A stretch of DNA of 64,000 nucleotides from an uncultured Candidatus Saccharibacteria bacterium. GTDB lineage: Bacteria; Patescibacteriota; Saccharimonadia; Saccharimonadales; AWTP1-31. Location: positions 18,404 to 82,403 of the forward strand of contig CALCZR010000060.1 in the NCBI GenBank assembly GCA_937903325.1, given 5' to 3'. The stretch's first letter is position 1, and every line of letters starts with the position of its first letter. This document shows positions 10,696 to 19,728 of the stretch, piece by piece. The notes beneath the pieces are model-generated. The model had not been told where the DNA came from. It made no database searches and saw only the letters and a list, made by a program, of their open reading frames with translations. The position numbers and the translations under genes were made by a program.

Positions 10696-11490
10696 TTAAG
10701 CCGCGACACCGCAGAGCTGCATAACCTTAGCTGCAGCTTCTTGAAAATCTTTGAGATTCTTGTCTTCTATGCGACGCACGAGTCCCATATCTATTGAATC
10801 TATCAAACCGGGCTCGTTCCCATAACGAGGCACCACTGTGAATAATGCTTGGTCTAAAGGATCATCATATGCCCAGGCGCTCATGCGCATTGGAGTTATG
10901 GCAAACGCCGTCTCGTCAACTTCATGAGTCTGGAATGTCCTATCGCCATGGACTATACGTACTGTCTTTCGTATATTGTTTTGTGGAACTGCAGCAAGTA
11001 AACTCGCTGGCAGCGTACCGTAAGAACCTACAGATATAGGGACAAGCGCCAAGGCCGAATTTTCCTTGTAGCTTTTCTTCAGAAGAAGCGGCACGCCTGT
11101 TGCATCATGGAAGACAGACACTGTTGTTTGCCCCCTATTTCGGCCATCGACAATCTGGTCTACTACGTCACAGAAAAAGCCCTCGGCCTCGCTACATATG
11201 CCCACCGTCGCGAGCGAGTTGCTCTTGCAACGAAAATCAGCCTTTAGCGGTACCCGTACGCCACTTAATGGAAGAATCTCCTCCTGTAGCACCCGCCGTC
11301 TCGCCCTACTACTACGTGACTGTAGTAACTGCTCAATTACAGACAAACTAGGTCTGGGCATGAAGGGCTCCAGGCAAAAATCAAACATCCCTCTAATATC
11401 GCCACGGTGCCTATGCGCATACTCTGCCAGAACAGGAATTTCTGCATGAACGACCTCCTGATACCGGTCAACAACTTCACTACGTTTCAT
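10696..11490 (-). CDS. Hypothetical protein (orphan)
   Basis: 264-aa uninterrupted ORF with no motif I recognise. A TATAGT ends 7 nt upstream of the ATG, which is leaderless geometry. Confidence 0.6.
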   Translation of the reverse strand: MKRSEVVDRYQEVVHAEIPVLAEYAHRHRGDIRGMFDFCLEPFMPRPSLSVIEQLLQSRSSRARRRVLQEEILPLSGVRVPLKADFRCKSNSLATVGICSEAEGFFCDVVDQIVDGRNRGQTTVSVFHDATGVPLLLKKSYKENSALALVPISVGSYGTLPASLLAAVPQNNIRKTVRIVHGDRTFQTHEVDETAFAITPMRMSAWAYDDPLDQALFTVVPRYGNEPGLIDSIDMGLVRRIEDKNLKDFQEAAAKVMQLCGVAA

Positions 11491-11552
11491 TAAACATACT
11501 ATACAATATTAACGTATTTACTAAAAGTGTTACCATCTGGTATGCTTACTAG

Positions 11553-12407
11553 ATGCGTGTAGCAATCCAAGGCATTCGTGGCTCTTTCCACGACCAAGCC
11601 GCTCAATCCTTTTTTGATGAAGATTTCTCTTTAGTCGAGTGCCGTAGCTTCCGAGACGTCTTTACGGCCGTTACCAACGACACCGCTGATTACGGCATTA
11701 TTGCCGTCGAGAATTCCTTACACGGTTCCATTAACCCTGTGTACCGTCTTCTGGCCGAGAAGAACATCTGGGTCTGCGGCGAGGTAAGACTACAGATTGC
11801 CATGTGCCTCATTGGCACACAAAGCGCCAAAGATCTAGACCTATCCCAATTAAACAGCAACGAAACGACCGTAATGTCCCACTTCGCAGCTTTTGGCCAA
11901 TGCGAGCAATGGCTTGCCGACAACTTGCCCGTGGCTAAACAACTTGAGGTAACCGATACTGCCGAAGCAGTGCGACAGGTCATTGAGGAGCAAGATACCA
12001 ATAAGCTGGCCATCGCCAGTGCATATGCTGCGAATATGCATGGCGGCACCATTTTGCAAACCAACATAAATGACGACCCAAACAACTACACCAGGTTTTT
12101 TGTCATTCGGAAGGAACGAGTCGACCAAACCCTAACGACGAGAACCAGTATCATCCTCCGTGAGCCCGCATCAGACAAAGCAGGAACTCTGTATGACGCT
12201 CTTGGCGTCTTTGCTAAGCTGGGCATTAACCTCAGTAAACTAGACAGTCACCCACGCCCGGGTGAGAAGCGCAGCTACTATTTCTATATTGATTTCGACA
12301 CTGGGCTCACTAGTGAAACTGGCGAAACAGCTATAGCTCAGCTCAATGAGCTTGGCTGGAATATACAAATTCTTGGCACATATCTATCTTCTAGTACAAC
12401 TAGTTAG
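11553..12407 (+). CDS. pheA: Prephenate dehydratase with C-terminal ACT domain
   Basis: 284 aa. The PDT pattern is VAIQGIRGSFHDQAA...GIIAVENSLHGSI...TRFFVI, and the ACT-like C-terminus contains GTLYDALGVFAKLGINLSKLDSHP. A TATGCT ends 6 nt upstream of the ATG. Confidence 0.85.
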   Translation: MRVAIQGIRGSFHDQAAQSFFDEDFSLVECRSFRDVFTAVTNDTADYGIIAVENSLHGSINPVYRLLAEKNIWVCGEVRLQIAMCLIGTQSAKDLDLSQLNSNETTVMSHFAAFGQCEQWLADNLPVAKQLEVTDTAEAVRQVIEEQDTNKLAIASAYAANMHGGTILQTNINDDPNNYTRFFVIRKERVDQTLTTRTSIILREPASDKAGTLYDALGVFAKLGINLSKLDSHPRPGEKRSYYFYIDFDTGLTSETGETAIAQLNELGWNIQILGTYLSSSTTS

Positions 12408-12428
12408 CATTAGCGCTATACAATATAG

Positions 12429-12456
12429 TTGACAAGCTTACAATTAGGTATATAAT
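12429..12456 (+). promoter_or_regulatory. Near-consensus sigma70-type promoter (TTGACA, 16 nt, TATAAT)
   Basis: Read directly: TTGACA at 12429-12434 and TATAAT at 12451-12456. It lies 35 nt upstream of the small ORF starting at 12492. Confidence 0.6.
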
Positions 12457-12491
12457 CTCGCTTAATCTAATGTGGATATAAGTGGGAAAAT

Positions 12492-12698
12492 ATGCTCGAT
12501 TTAATTGTTCTCGGTATTGTTCCAGGCACCAAGTTTGTAGTAACTTTTTGGTGGTCTCTAGTCTTTGCCCTTACTTTTAGCCTTCTGCTATTTGTATATG
12601 TAGAGACTACTAAACCAAAGCATTCGGTGCACAAACAATCACGCAAGCTGAGCGAGCTTGACCGCGAAGTTATTAACCCTCCAATTCAGCTGGCATAA
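12492..12698 (+). CDS. Small membrane protein (two predicted TM helices), hypothetical
   Basis: 68-aa ORF with two hydrophobic stretches (LIVLGIVPGTKFVV, FWWSLVFALTFSLLLFVYV). It sits behind the consensus promoter. Its 3' end overlaps the convergent sbcB end by 26 nt. Confidence 0.5.
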   Translation: MLDLIVLGIVPGTKFVVTFWWSLVFALTFSLLLFVYVETTKPKHSVHKQSRKLSELDREVINPPIQLA

Positions 12699-14133
12699 TA
12701 CTCTCACCGTACAGACGAAGGTCTTCTAGTAAGTATTTCTGGTTCTGGGTTAGGTCTTTACGTTCGCTTAATTGTTGTAAACGGTTAAAGTATTTAGCGA
12801 TCTTACTGCTACTACCACCTTTAAGTAGTTGGTCAGCTCGGTGTTGTTCCCATTCTTGGCGTTCCTCTGTGGTAAGTTTCCTAGGGAAGTTACGTGCCTT
12901 ATATAACGGCAACAGCTCCTTAAGTCTCTGGTCACTACATTGGTCGATAAAGCCGCTCAGATCTTCTGGCTTTGCTACGCGAACTTTAGCCATGACTTTA
13001 TTATCGCCATCTCCCATAAAGCCGTTATAAATCTGGCTGTCAACAGTCTTGTCTTTATCCTCAAGCTCAAATCGCTGTTGCTGTTCACCGTCCATGATAT
13101 CCAAGGCCTGTAGTACTCGCTCAGGCCAAAACTCAGCCATACTCAGCTTCTGTAGATTGACCTTAACAGCGTCCATATCTATATGTAGTCGCTTCTGACT
13201 ATCTTCATCCAGCACCGCTAACGGCGCTACTGCCGGACAACGGTTATATTGCAATGTCTTAATTGGTAGTCGTGGCTTAGCTGGATCACGGTCTTCAGGC
13301 TTCTGCCATCGCCAAGCTTCTACTATCTGGTCAACCGTCAGGTTGCTAAACTGGTCGGGGTCATGTCGTAGGTCATATACCAACGCCCCACCTCGCTTTG
13401 GGTGGTCCGTCAGCTTGGCAACGACAGCCGTTTTCTCATATTCACCCGGATACTTACCCGACGAATACACAAACGGCTTATCAGAACTGACTAACTGCTT
13501 AATGGCGTCTTTGTGACGCATTGACAGTAAGTAATCAAAGAGTTTAGGTTGCTTGCTCCGGACTAGCTGCGCCAAAGAGATAGTGGCATACACATCGTTC
13601 AGGGCATCATGGGCATTGTCGTGAGACAGCCCGTTAATAGCAGTTAGCAGCTCAAGTCGATTCGTAGCCTTGCCGTTACTATCTACCGGCCATTTGATGC
13701 CTTCTGGTCGAAGCGCACGAGTCATTCGCACCACGTCCAGCAGATCCCAACGAGAACGGTCGTCTTTCCACTGCCACTGATATGGATCGTAGAAGTTACG
13801 GTAATGCAGTGCTCGCATAAATTCGTCATCAAACCGGACGGTATTGTAGCCGACAAAGATAGTACCAGGCGTTGCTATTTCTTCAGTAAAGGTCTGTAGA
13901 AAGTCTGCCTCAGTCGTACCTTCGGCCTGCGTGTGCTGTGGTGTAATACCGGTGATCAGGATAGCTTCTGGTTCTGGGAGAATATCATCAGATAGGGCGA
14001 TGAGAATGTTATGCGGTTCCCCAAGAGGGTTAAGATCTAGATCGGTTCGCTGCCCGGCAAACTGCATGATACGGGCACTCCGAGGATTAATACCACTCGT
14101 CTCAAGGTCATAAAAGTAGAATGAATCAGCCAT
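12673..14133 (-). CDS. sbcB: Exodeoxyribonuclease I (SbcB)
   Basis: 486 aa. It has the DEDDh exonuclease N-terminus FYFYDLETSGINP...RIMQFAG, the motif HDALNDV, and an ExoI-type C-terminal domain. Confidence 0.85.
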   Translation of the reverse strand: MADSFYFYDLETSGINPRSARIMQFAGQRTDLDLNPLGEPHNILIALSDDILPEPEAILITGITPQHTQAEGTTEADFLQTFTEEIATPGTIFVGYNTVRFDDEFMRALHYRNFYDPYQWQWKDDRSRWDLLDVVRMTRALRPEGIKWPVDSNGKATNRLELLTAINGLSHDNAHDALNDVYATISLAQLVRSKQPKLFDYLLSMRHKDAIKQLVSSDKPFVYSSGKYPGEYEKTAVVAKLTDHPKRGGALVYDLRHDPDQFSNLTVDQIVEAWRWQKPEDRDPAKPRLPIKTLQYNRCPAVAPLAVLDEDSQKRLHIDMDAVKVNLQKLSMAEFWPERVLQALDIMDGEQQQRFELEDKDKTVDSQIYNGFMGDGDNKVMAKVRVAKPEDLSGFIDQCSDQRLKELLPLYKARNFPRKLTTEERQEWEQHRADQLLKGGSSSKIAKYFNRLQQLSERKDLTQNQKYLLEDLRLYGESIMPAELEG

Positions 14134-14173
14134 GCAACCAGTGTATCATCCACCGATTAGTAAGACATGATCG

Positions 14174-14647
14174 CTATGCTGGGACTGGTTCAGCAACAGA
14201 CAATTGAAGCTCTACTGCCTGAACATCAGATGGTATCTCGCCTTGAGCGAGCCAGACCATAGCTCCGGCACATTCCACAACAACGGAATCAAGTTCTTCT
14301 GGCGTATCAGGCTTTTCTGGACGCGACAGGATATCTGCAGTAATTGCTTCTGCAGCATCTGTAAATGCACGAGCCCGCGTGAGCAATACCGGATTAGTGT
14401 TATGTGAGCTAATCCATACAGCTTCTTCCCTTAGCTGCCTGTTTGATTCATCATTGGATGGTTGTCGATGTCGTGCAATATGTCGTCGCACGACCATTTG
14501 GTCCGCAAGCTCTGCAGTATGCACTCCCACTCCGAATAGCGCAGCGCGAGCGACAACTGTCCTTGTTAGCCTTGTCTCTGTCGTACCTACCGCTAATCCA
14601 CGGTAAGACTCTGAACCATCTGCCAACAGTACATTTAAAGAATCCAT
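14174..14647 (-). CDS. Hypothetical protein (orphan)
   Basis: The track ORF is 14174-14668. I prefer the internal ATG at 14647 (MDSLNVLL...) because AAGGAAAAG lies just upstream of it. No motif recognised. Confidence 0.5.
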   Translation of the reverse strand: MDSLNVLLADGSESYRGLAVGTTETRLTRTVVARAALFGVGVHTAELADQMVVRRHIARHRQPSNDESNRQLREEAVWISSHNTNPVLLTRARAFTDAAEAITADILSRPEKPDTPEELDSVVVECAGAMVWLAQGEIPSDVQAVELQLSVAEPVPA

Positions 14648-14788
14648 GATTCTTTTCCTTCTTTCCAAAGAGGGCCGTAGCAGTAAGCACTAAATAAGCG
14701 GGTTTGCTTGCTGATGCGAAGCTCTTTTTGTTTTATTGTTACCTCACTTACTGGTTTACGCCTATGGTTACCCTTTGTCAAGGAAAAT

Positions 14789-15925
14789 TTAAGAATTCAT
14801 TGAGTGGTCGAGATACAACACTGGTTCCGTCTCCAGGCCAATAGCGTGGCCTATACGCCACCAGTCCTTGGAGCTCTTAGCATATGCACTAGGTAGCTTA
14901 TCGAGTTCTTCACCAATAAGCACACCATAAGTTCTATCTGATCTCAGCAATTGCTCGCTTGTTACTTCGTCGCCCATACGCTCACCTACAACTGAATCAA
15001 GATCCATGATCTCGCCGAAAAGACTGATATTGCCAAGGGATACGTAACGGTGGGCCAAACCAAGTTGGTGCATACGCGCTAAGTTATAGCCGGCCATAAA
15101 GGGAAGAATTTGATGAATATATTTTCTTTTTCGTGCTTGGTACGTCATTACGCCGTCAAGCTTAGGAGCTTCACCCAGAATAGTACTGTGTTCAACACCC
15201 CTTTCGGCTCGTCTGCGCCATAGCTTATGTGCAAATATAGCCTGGTCGATCGCTTGGTCAGCACGTTCTTCTGGGATCGTATCCTGTGTTATATCTTCTA
15301 TTCTCCAGGCAGATTTTACAAGACGATCCATAACTACAAACTGTCGATCCGCAACGGATAAAACTTCCAGATCTTGTTTCGGCCAGTTACCTGACGCAGT
15401 AAACGAACGTAGCAAAGCCGTTGCACCGACGATCTTACGTGGTCCAAGTGCACCAAATGTCCTCAATCTATAGGCAGCTGTGATACGCTCTGCTGGAATA
15501 TCGTAAGACCGAAGAATCGAAGACGCCTGTATTGGACGGTATAAATATTTTTCGTAGTTCAATCCTTGTGGAGATGTCAGGTACCTACTCCAGCTTGTAC
15601 CAAAATCCAATGTATGCGGTAGTCGGGCACCTTTACGGTTGTGGTGCAGGTAAAAACCATTGCTCGGCTGAGAATATTCATTATCCCCCATAACCACAGT
15701 CAGGAGCGAAGCATCTTCGCCCGGTTCGGTCATAACCGTATGACTACGGCCGTGGCTCGAAGTAATTCTTTCTAGCCCTACATACGTATCACTCTCTTCG
15801 TCTGGTGCGAGATTACCTTCTACTGGAAGCCTATCAAAATGCCCAGCTCGGAACGGCAAGCCATCGTCATCAACAAAAATCGTAGTTGTTTCAGGGTGGA
15901 TAAGCCCCCGACGAATCTCGGTCAT
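14789..15925 (-). CDS. Hypothetical protein with a degenerate protein-kinase-like C-terminal region
   Basis: 378 aa, starting 4 nt after the obg stop. The segment LARMHQLGLAHRYVSLGNISLFGEIMDLDS resembles a kinase catalytic loop plus DFG region (H-x-D-x4-N ... D-h-D/G). A Tyr stands where the catalytic Asp is expected. The call is weak. Confidence 0.55.
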   Translation of the reverse strand: MTEIRRGLIHPETTTIFVDDDGLPFRAGHFDRLPVEGNLAPDEESDTYVGLERITSSHGRSHTVMTEPGEDASLLTVVMGDNEYSQPSNGFYLHHNRKGARLPHTLDFGTSWSRYLTSPQGLNYEKYLYRPIQASSILRSYDIPAERITAAYRLRTFGALGPRKIVGATALLRSFTASGNWPKQDLEVLSVADRQFVVMDRLVKSAWRIEDITQDTIPEERADQAIDQAIFAHKLWRRRAERGVEHSTILGEAPKLDGVMTYQARKRKYIHQILPFMAGYNLARMHQLGLAHRYVSLGNISLFGEIMDLDSVVGERMGDEVTSEQLLRSDRTYGVLIGEELDKLPSAYAKSSKDWWRIGHAIGLETEPVLYLDHSMNS

Positions 15926-15928
15926 TAC

Positions 15929-17209
15929 TTAGTATTCAAGACTACCAATGGCAGGACTGCCAATAGTCACTTTCTGCCCAGCCTCTACATCCATGCGCCG
16001 CAGTTGGTGCATGATCCCCATCTTATTCATAATATCTCGGAGTCGTTCTACACCATGTCGGCTATCAAAGTCAGTTCGTTCGGCAAAGCGTTCGATCTTA
16101 CGACCGGTGACGACAAGTGTGCCGTTGACCTTCTCAACCTTCCAGCTGTCATGTGTGTCAGGAAGCGTCAAAACCGGCAGACCCTGCGCCGCTTCTTCCT
16201 CTTCTGCAATACGGGCCCGTTCGGTATCTACAAGCTTCTTAACGGCGAATAGCATCTCTCGTACACCTTCACCGCTCATTGCAGACATAGCAAACTGTTG
16301 GGTTCCTTTTGGAATAACTTTCTTCAGCTGCTTCTGTAGATCGGTAACAATTTCAGGATCCAGTCCATCTATCTTATTCAACACCACTACCTGTGGCTTC
16401 GTAGATAGGTCTACCTGGTATTCGGTTAGTTCTTTCTGGATTGTCTTGTAAGTAGCTACCACATCTTCGTTGTAGGCATCTATAACATGGATCAGAACGC
16501 TTGTACGTTCGACATGACGGAGGAATTCATCTCCAAGCCCCTTACCCTGGCTAGCGCCCTCTATGAGCCCTGGAACGTCAGCCAATAGCATACTGTTATT
16601 GTTGTCGAGATCTACTACTCCGAGATTTGGCGTCAGGGTGGTAAAAGCATAGTTGGCAATCTCTGGCCGTGCATTACTACTACTTGCAAGCAAGGTAGAC
16701 TTGCCAGCATTGGGCAGACCAACGATACCAACATCTGCAATAACCTTGAGTTCTAGATATAGAGCCAGTGCGTCACCGCGTTCGCCCTTTTCAGCAATAC
16801 GAGGGGCTTGGCGACGGGATGATACGAAGTGGGCATTGCCAAAACCACCCTTACCACCTTTAGCGATAACGGCTTCCTGCTGGTCGGCGATAAGGTCAGC
16901 CAGGATTTCTTCATTCTCGTTGCGCACAACAGTACCAACCGGTACTTGGATAATAAGGTCTTTGCCGCTCTTGCCATGCATCTTCTGCTTAAAGCCCGGT
17001 TTACCAGATTCTGCAGACAGTTCCTTGTGGTAACGGAAGCTAGCCAGAGTGTTTTGGTTACGGCTGGCCAGCAAAATAACGTCACCGCCATTGCCGCCGT
17101 CACCGCCGTCTGGGCCACCGCGGTCGACGAATTTTTCATGCCGAAAACTCACGACGCCGTTGCCACCGTCACCAGCTGCAACTGATACTTTTGCCTTATC
17201 TACAAACAT
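15929..17209 (-). CDS. obg: GTPase Obg/CgtA
   Basis: 426 aa. It has the Gly-rich Obg fold (GDGGNGVVSFRHEKF...GGDGGNGGD), the G-domain (GLPNAGKST, DVPGLIEGA, NKID) and the C-terminal OCT extension. Confidence 0.95.
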   Translation of the reverse strand: MFVDKAKVSVAAGDGGNGVVSFRHEKFVDRGGPDGGDGGNGGDVILLASRNQNTLASFRYHKELSAESGKPGFKQKMHGKSGKDLIIQVPVGTVVRNENEEILADLIADQQEAVIAKGGKGGFGNAHFVSSRRQAPRIAEKGERGDALALYLELKVIADVGIVGLPNAGKSTLLASSSNARPEIANYAFTTLTPNLGVVDLDNNNSMLLADVPGLIEGASQGKGLGDEFLRHVERTSVLIHVIDAYNEDVVATYKTIQKELTEYQVDLSTKPQVVVLNKIDGLDPEIVTDLQKQLKKVIPKGTQQFAMSAMSGEGVREMLFAVKKLVDTERARIAEEEEAAQGLPVLTLPDTHDSWKVEKVNGTLVVTGRKIERFAERTDFDSRHGVERLRDIMNKMGIMHQLRRMDVEAGQKVTIGSPAIGSLEY

Positions 17210-17266
17210 TGGTTATATTATACAATTTTTACAACATTCAAACAAGCATACAATGTATTTGGTTGA

Positions 17267-17959
17267 CTACGCAGCATCTGCACTTACGGGAAAGGTATGA
17301 CCCGGAACAAAACGTTCACTAGGAATACCGGTGGCTATTGTACCCAGGACCATATGTACATCACCAGAAACTAGATAAGGGACAGGACTGCTAGGGTCTT
17401 CTGGATTGGCCGTAATGTCGTACTGCCAAGCCATATGGGTATAGCCACCATCACGCGCAACAGCTGCCTCTTGGCTATCGCCACCAAACATACCTACAAT
17501 ATCGGGACCAGTATAAACTCTTATGTCATCCTCGAGATCGGCTTGGCTAAAAAATCCTTCACGATTAAGTATAAAGAATGCGTCCAGTAAGCCGTAAAAG
17601 TGGCTCGTCACTTCGCGGTAAGCGTCTAGCACATTATGGGCATCCGAATATCTGGAAGCCCCAGCCCGTCTCTCAAGCACCGAAGTTAAAGCAGGCGTAA
17701 GATCTATTTGCCCTAACCCTGCCAGTTCTCGAACGTTCTCACGTTGAATGGCTCCTTCGTAAAATCCAATAAGCGCTCGCGCTGCTTTAATCTCATGAGG
17801 CGGTAAATTCCGCTCGACCAGTTTAAGAGATCCACGGAGAATTTGTGCACGTTCTGGGGAAATAAATGTGGAGACCCTGCCTGCAATTCCGATTGAATAT
17901 AATCCATTTGTATCATCTGGAGATAATGATTCAGCTAAAATTGCAATATTTGCATTCAT
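17267..17959 (-). CDS. Hypothetical protein (orphan)
   Basis: 230-aa ORF with no recognised motif. A TAGAAT ends 6 nt upstream of the ATG. Confidence 0.55.
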   Translation of the reverse strand: MNANIAILAESLSPDDTNGLYSIGIAGRVSTFISPERAQILRGSLKLVERNLPPHEIKAARALIGFYEGAIQRENVRELAGLGQIDLTPALTSVLERRAGASRYSDAHNVLDAYREVTSHFYGLLDAFFILNREGFFSQADLEDDIRVYTGPDIVGMFGGDSQEAAVARDGGYTHMAWQYDITANPEDPSSPVPYLVSGDVHMVLGTIATGIPSERFVPGHTFPVSADAA

Positions 17960-18015
17960 AGGCCAATTCTAAAACAGCATCTATTCGTTTGCAAACTTAT
18001 GCAAATGCAAGCTTT

Positions 18016-19044
18016 CTAGTAAATATACGAGTAAGCGGCGGCTGCTTCAGCCGACAGAGTCTTGTAGCTAACTACGCCCCAACCGGCGGTGTTCATCTCA
18101 GAGACGTTCACACTACCATCGGGGTTAACACTATCTACATAGCCTACGTGACCATAGTAGTCACGAGGAGGAGTCCAGATAACTGCACCAGCTTGTGGTA
18201 CGTTACCCACTGCAAAGCCAGCTCGTTGGGCGAGGACCTTCCAGGTACTGGCATTACCCAGGTTACTTGGGATTGGACGACCCGCTTGTGCACGTCGGTT
18301 AGCGGCATACCAAGTACAGTACCCGTAATCGTAGCCGTTTGAGCCGTAAATAGCGCCTGAACCACCCCATGCGAAGCCCGCACCATATGTGGATGCTGTC
18401 GCTACACGCGCCGTCACCACTGGTGCAACACTACCGTCGCGAAGAAGCACGCGGCTACCCACACGAAGCCCGGTAACATCTATGTCATTGTCGGCAATAA
18501 ACTGTTCCTTATTTGCCTTGTACTTGGCAACGATGGCGTCTACGGTGTCACCGTCCTTGACGATATACACCACTCCGTTAACTGGTGAGATAAGGATAGC
18601 CTTGCCAACTTCAATGTTGTCACCTTGCAGGCCATTAGACCAACGGATAGTATCAGAAGTAATACCAAACTTTGTAGCAATACTAGGGATAGTGTCGCCT
18701 TCTACAGTAGTGTAGAGGCGAATATCCTTATATGACTTCAGACTCGTAGCTACTACCTGTGGCTTAGCAATAACGGTGTCGTCAGAAGCGGCCACGGCTA
18801 ACTGAGCATTGACCGTGTCTGCCTTATTGGTAACAGAAGGCGTTTCAGGCAGGTTCGTCAGACGTGCTACGTGCACGGCAATATCTGCGGAAGAAATCTG
18901 GTCAAGGGCACTCGAAGCTACGGCTGAATCATCGCTACTTACCAAACTACTAGCACCGCTAGGGCCAGCACTTGGAGTGTGAATAACAAAAATAGCAACA
19001 CCAACCAGCATAACAAGATTGGCCAGCAATATACCGTACCGCAC
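18016..19044 (-). CDS. Membrane-anchored peptidoglycan hydrolase: 2x LysM + C-terminal CHAP domain
   Basis: LysM-like repeats are YTTVEGDTIPSIATKFGITSDTIRWSN and YIVKDGDTVDAIVAKYKANKEQFIADN. The CHAP core is GYCTWYAANRR...GHVGYV...VSEMN. The track start is GTG at 19044; an upstream extension is possible (see findings). Confidence 0.85.
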   Translation of the reverse strand: MRYGILLANLVMLVGVAIFVIHTPSAGPSGASSLVSSDDSAVASSALDQISSADIAVHVARLTNLPETPSVTNKADTVNAQLAVAASDDTVIAKPQVVATSLKSYKDIRLYTTVEGDTIPSIATKFGITSDTIRWSNGLQGDNIEVGKAILISPVNGVVYIVKDGDTVDAIVAKYKANKEQFIADNDIDVTGLRVGSRVLLRDGSVAPVVTARVATASTYGAGFAWGGSGAIYGSNGYDYGYCTWYAANRRAQAGRPIPSNLGNASTWKVLAQRAGFAVGNVPQAGAVIWTPPRDYYGHVGYVDSVNPDGSVNVSEMNTAGWGVVSYKTLSAEAAAAYSYIY

Positions 19045-19270
19045 GAGTCGCTTACGATATCGCTTACTTAGAGTTTTTTTGAGTTGTTTTTGTGTTTTGG
19101 CTGTAGCGTCTCCGAAATGTGTGACGGGTCCGGCTGCGAGCGTTTTACTAAATGTACGAATAACATTCTCCTGATGTGGAACACATCATGAATCAAAGCA
19201 GTTTATTATTTAATCTTCAGGGACTATCGACAAGTCCTCTCATAGTTATTTCAATGTGCTGCCTTGATGC

Positions 19271-19309
19271 GCAATTACAGGTGAAAAACATAACAATACA
19301 TGTAATTGC
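19271..19309 (-). repeat. Perfect 9-bp inverted repeat (GCAATTACA, 21 nt, TGTAATTGC) in the long leader of the LysM-CHAP gene
   Basis: Read directly. It could be an RNA hairpin or a dimeric operator; the function is unknown. Confidence 0.4.
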
Positions 19310-19427
19310 TACCGTCCATAGTAGCACATTTGGTCAATATAACCAATCCTGTTAACAGAGGTGACCGAAGTAAACAAAAACGTATGTATTAGCTTTATTT
19401 TAAATTATATGTTATAATGCATCTATA

Positions 19428-19700
19428 ATGAGTTTTTCTTTCAGTAAAGCAGCCGCAATTGTTGGTCTTGGTGCAGCCCTAGGTGGCGGAGCGCTACTGG
19501 CCGAACACCTCGTAGAAACAGCTTTCGACAACGACACTACAATGAACGAGACGAGTCAGAGTTCAAGCGCCCAGGAGGTGGTAACAGCCGAGTCGTATGG
19601 TGAGGCTGCACTTATCAGTGGTCTTGGCGCTATTATGGTGACGGGTGTCACCATCGGTGGTGTTGTATACGGCAGCGTACAAGTGCATAAACGTTTTTAA
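19428..19700 (+). CDS. Small Gly/Ala-rich membrane protein, hypothetical
   Basis: 90-aa ORF with hydrophobic Gly-rich ends (AAAIVGLGAALGGGALLA; ALISGLGAIMVTGVTIGGVVYG). An extended -10 (TGTTATAAT, 19411-19418) lies about 10 nt upstream of the ATG. Confidence 0.45.
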   Translation: MSFSFSKAAAIVGLGAALGGGALLAEHLVETAFDNDTTMNETSQSSSAQEVVTAESYGEAALISGLGAIMVTGVTIGGVVYGSVQVHKRF

Positions 19701-19728
19701 TTACACTGCTCTACGTATCTTCTGCTAG

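Noticed and set aside
19045-19427. c-di-AMP (ydaO/kimA-type) riboswitch upstream of the LysM-CHAP hydrolase
   Set aside because: This riboswitch class is known upstream of cell-wall hydrolases. However, I could not find its pseudo-symmetric conserved ACGGGG/CCCA-type cores in either strand. Only generic hairpins are present.
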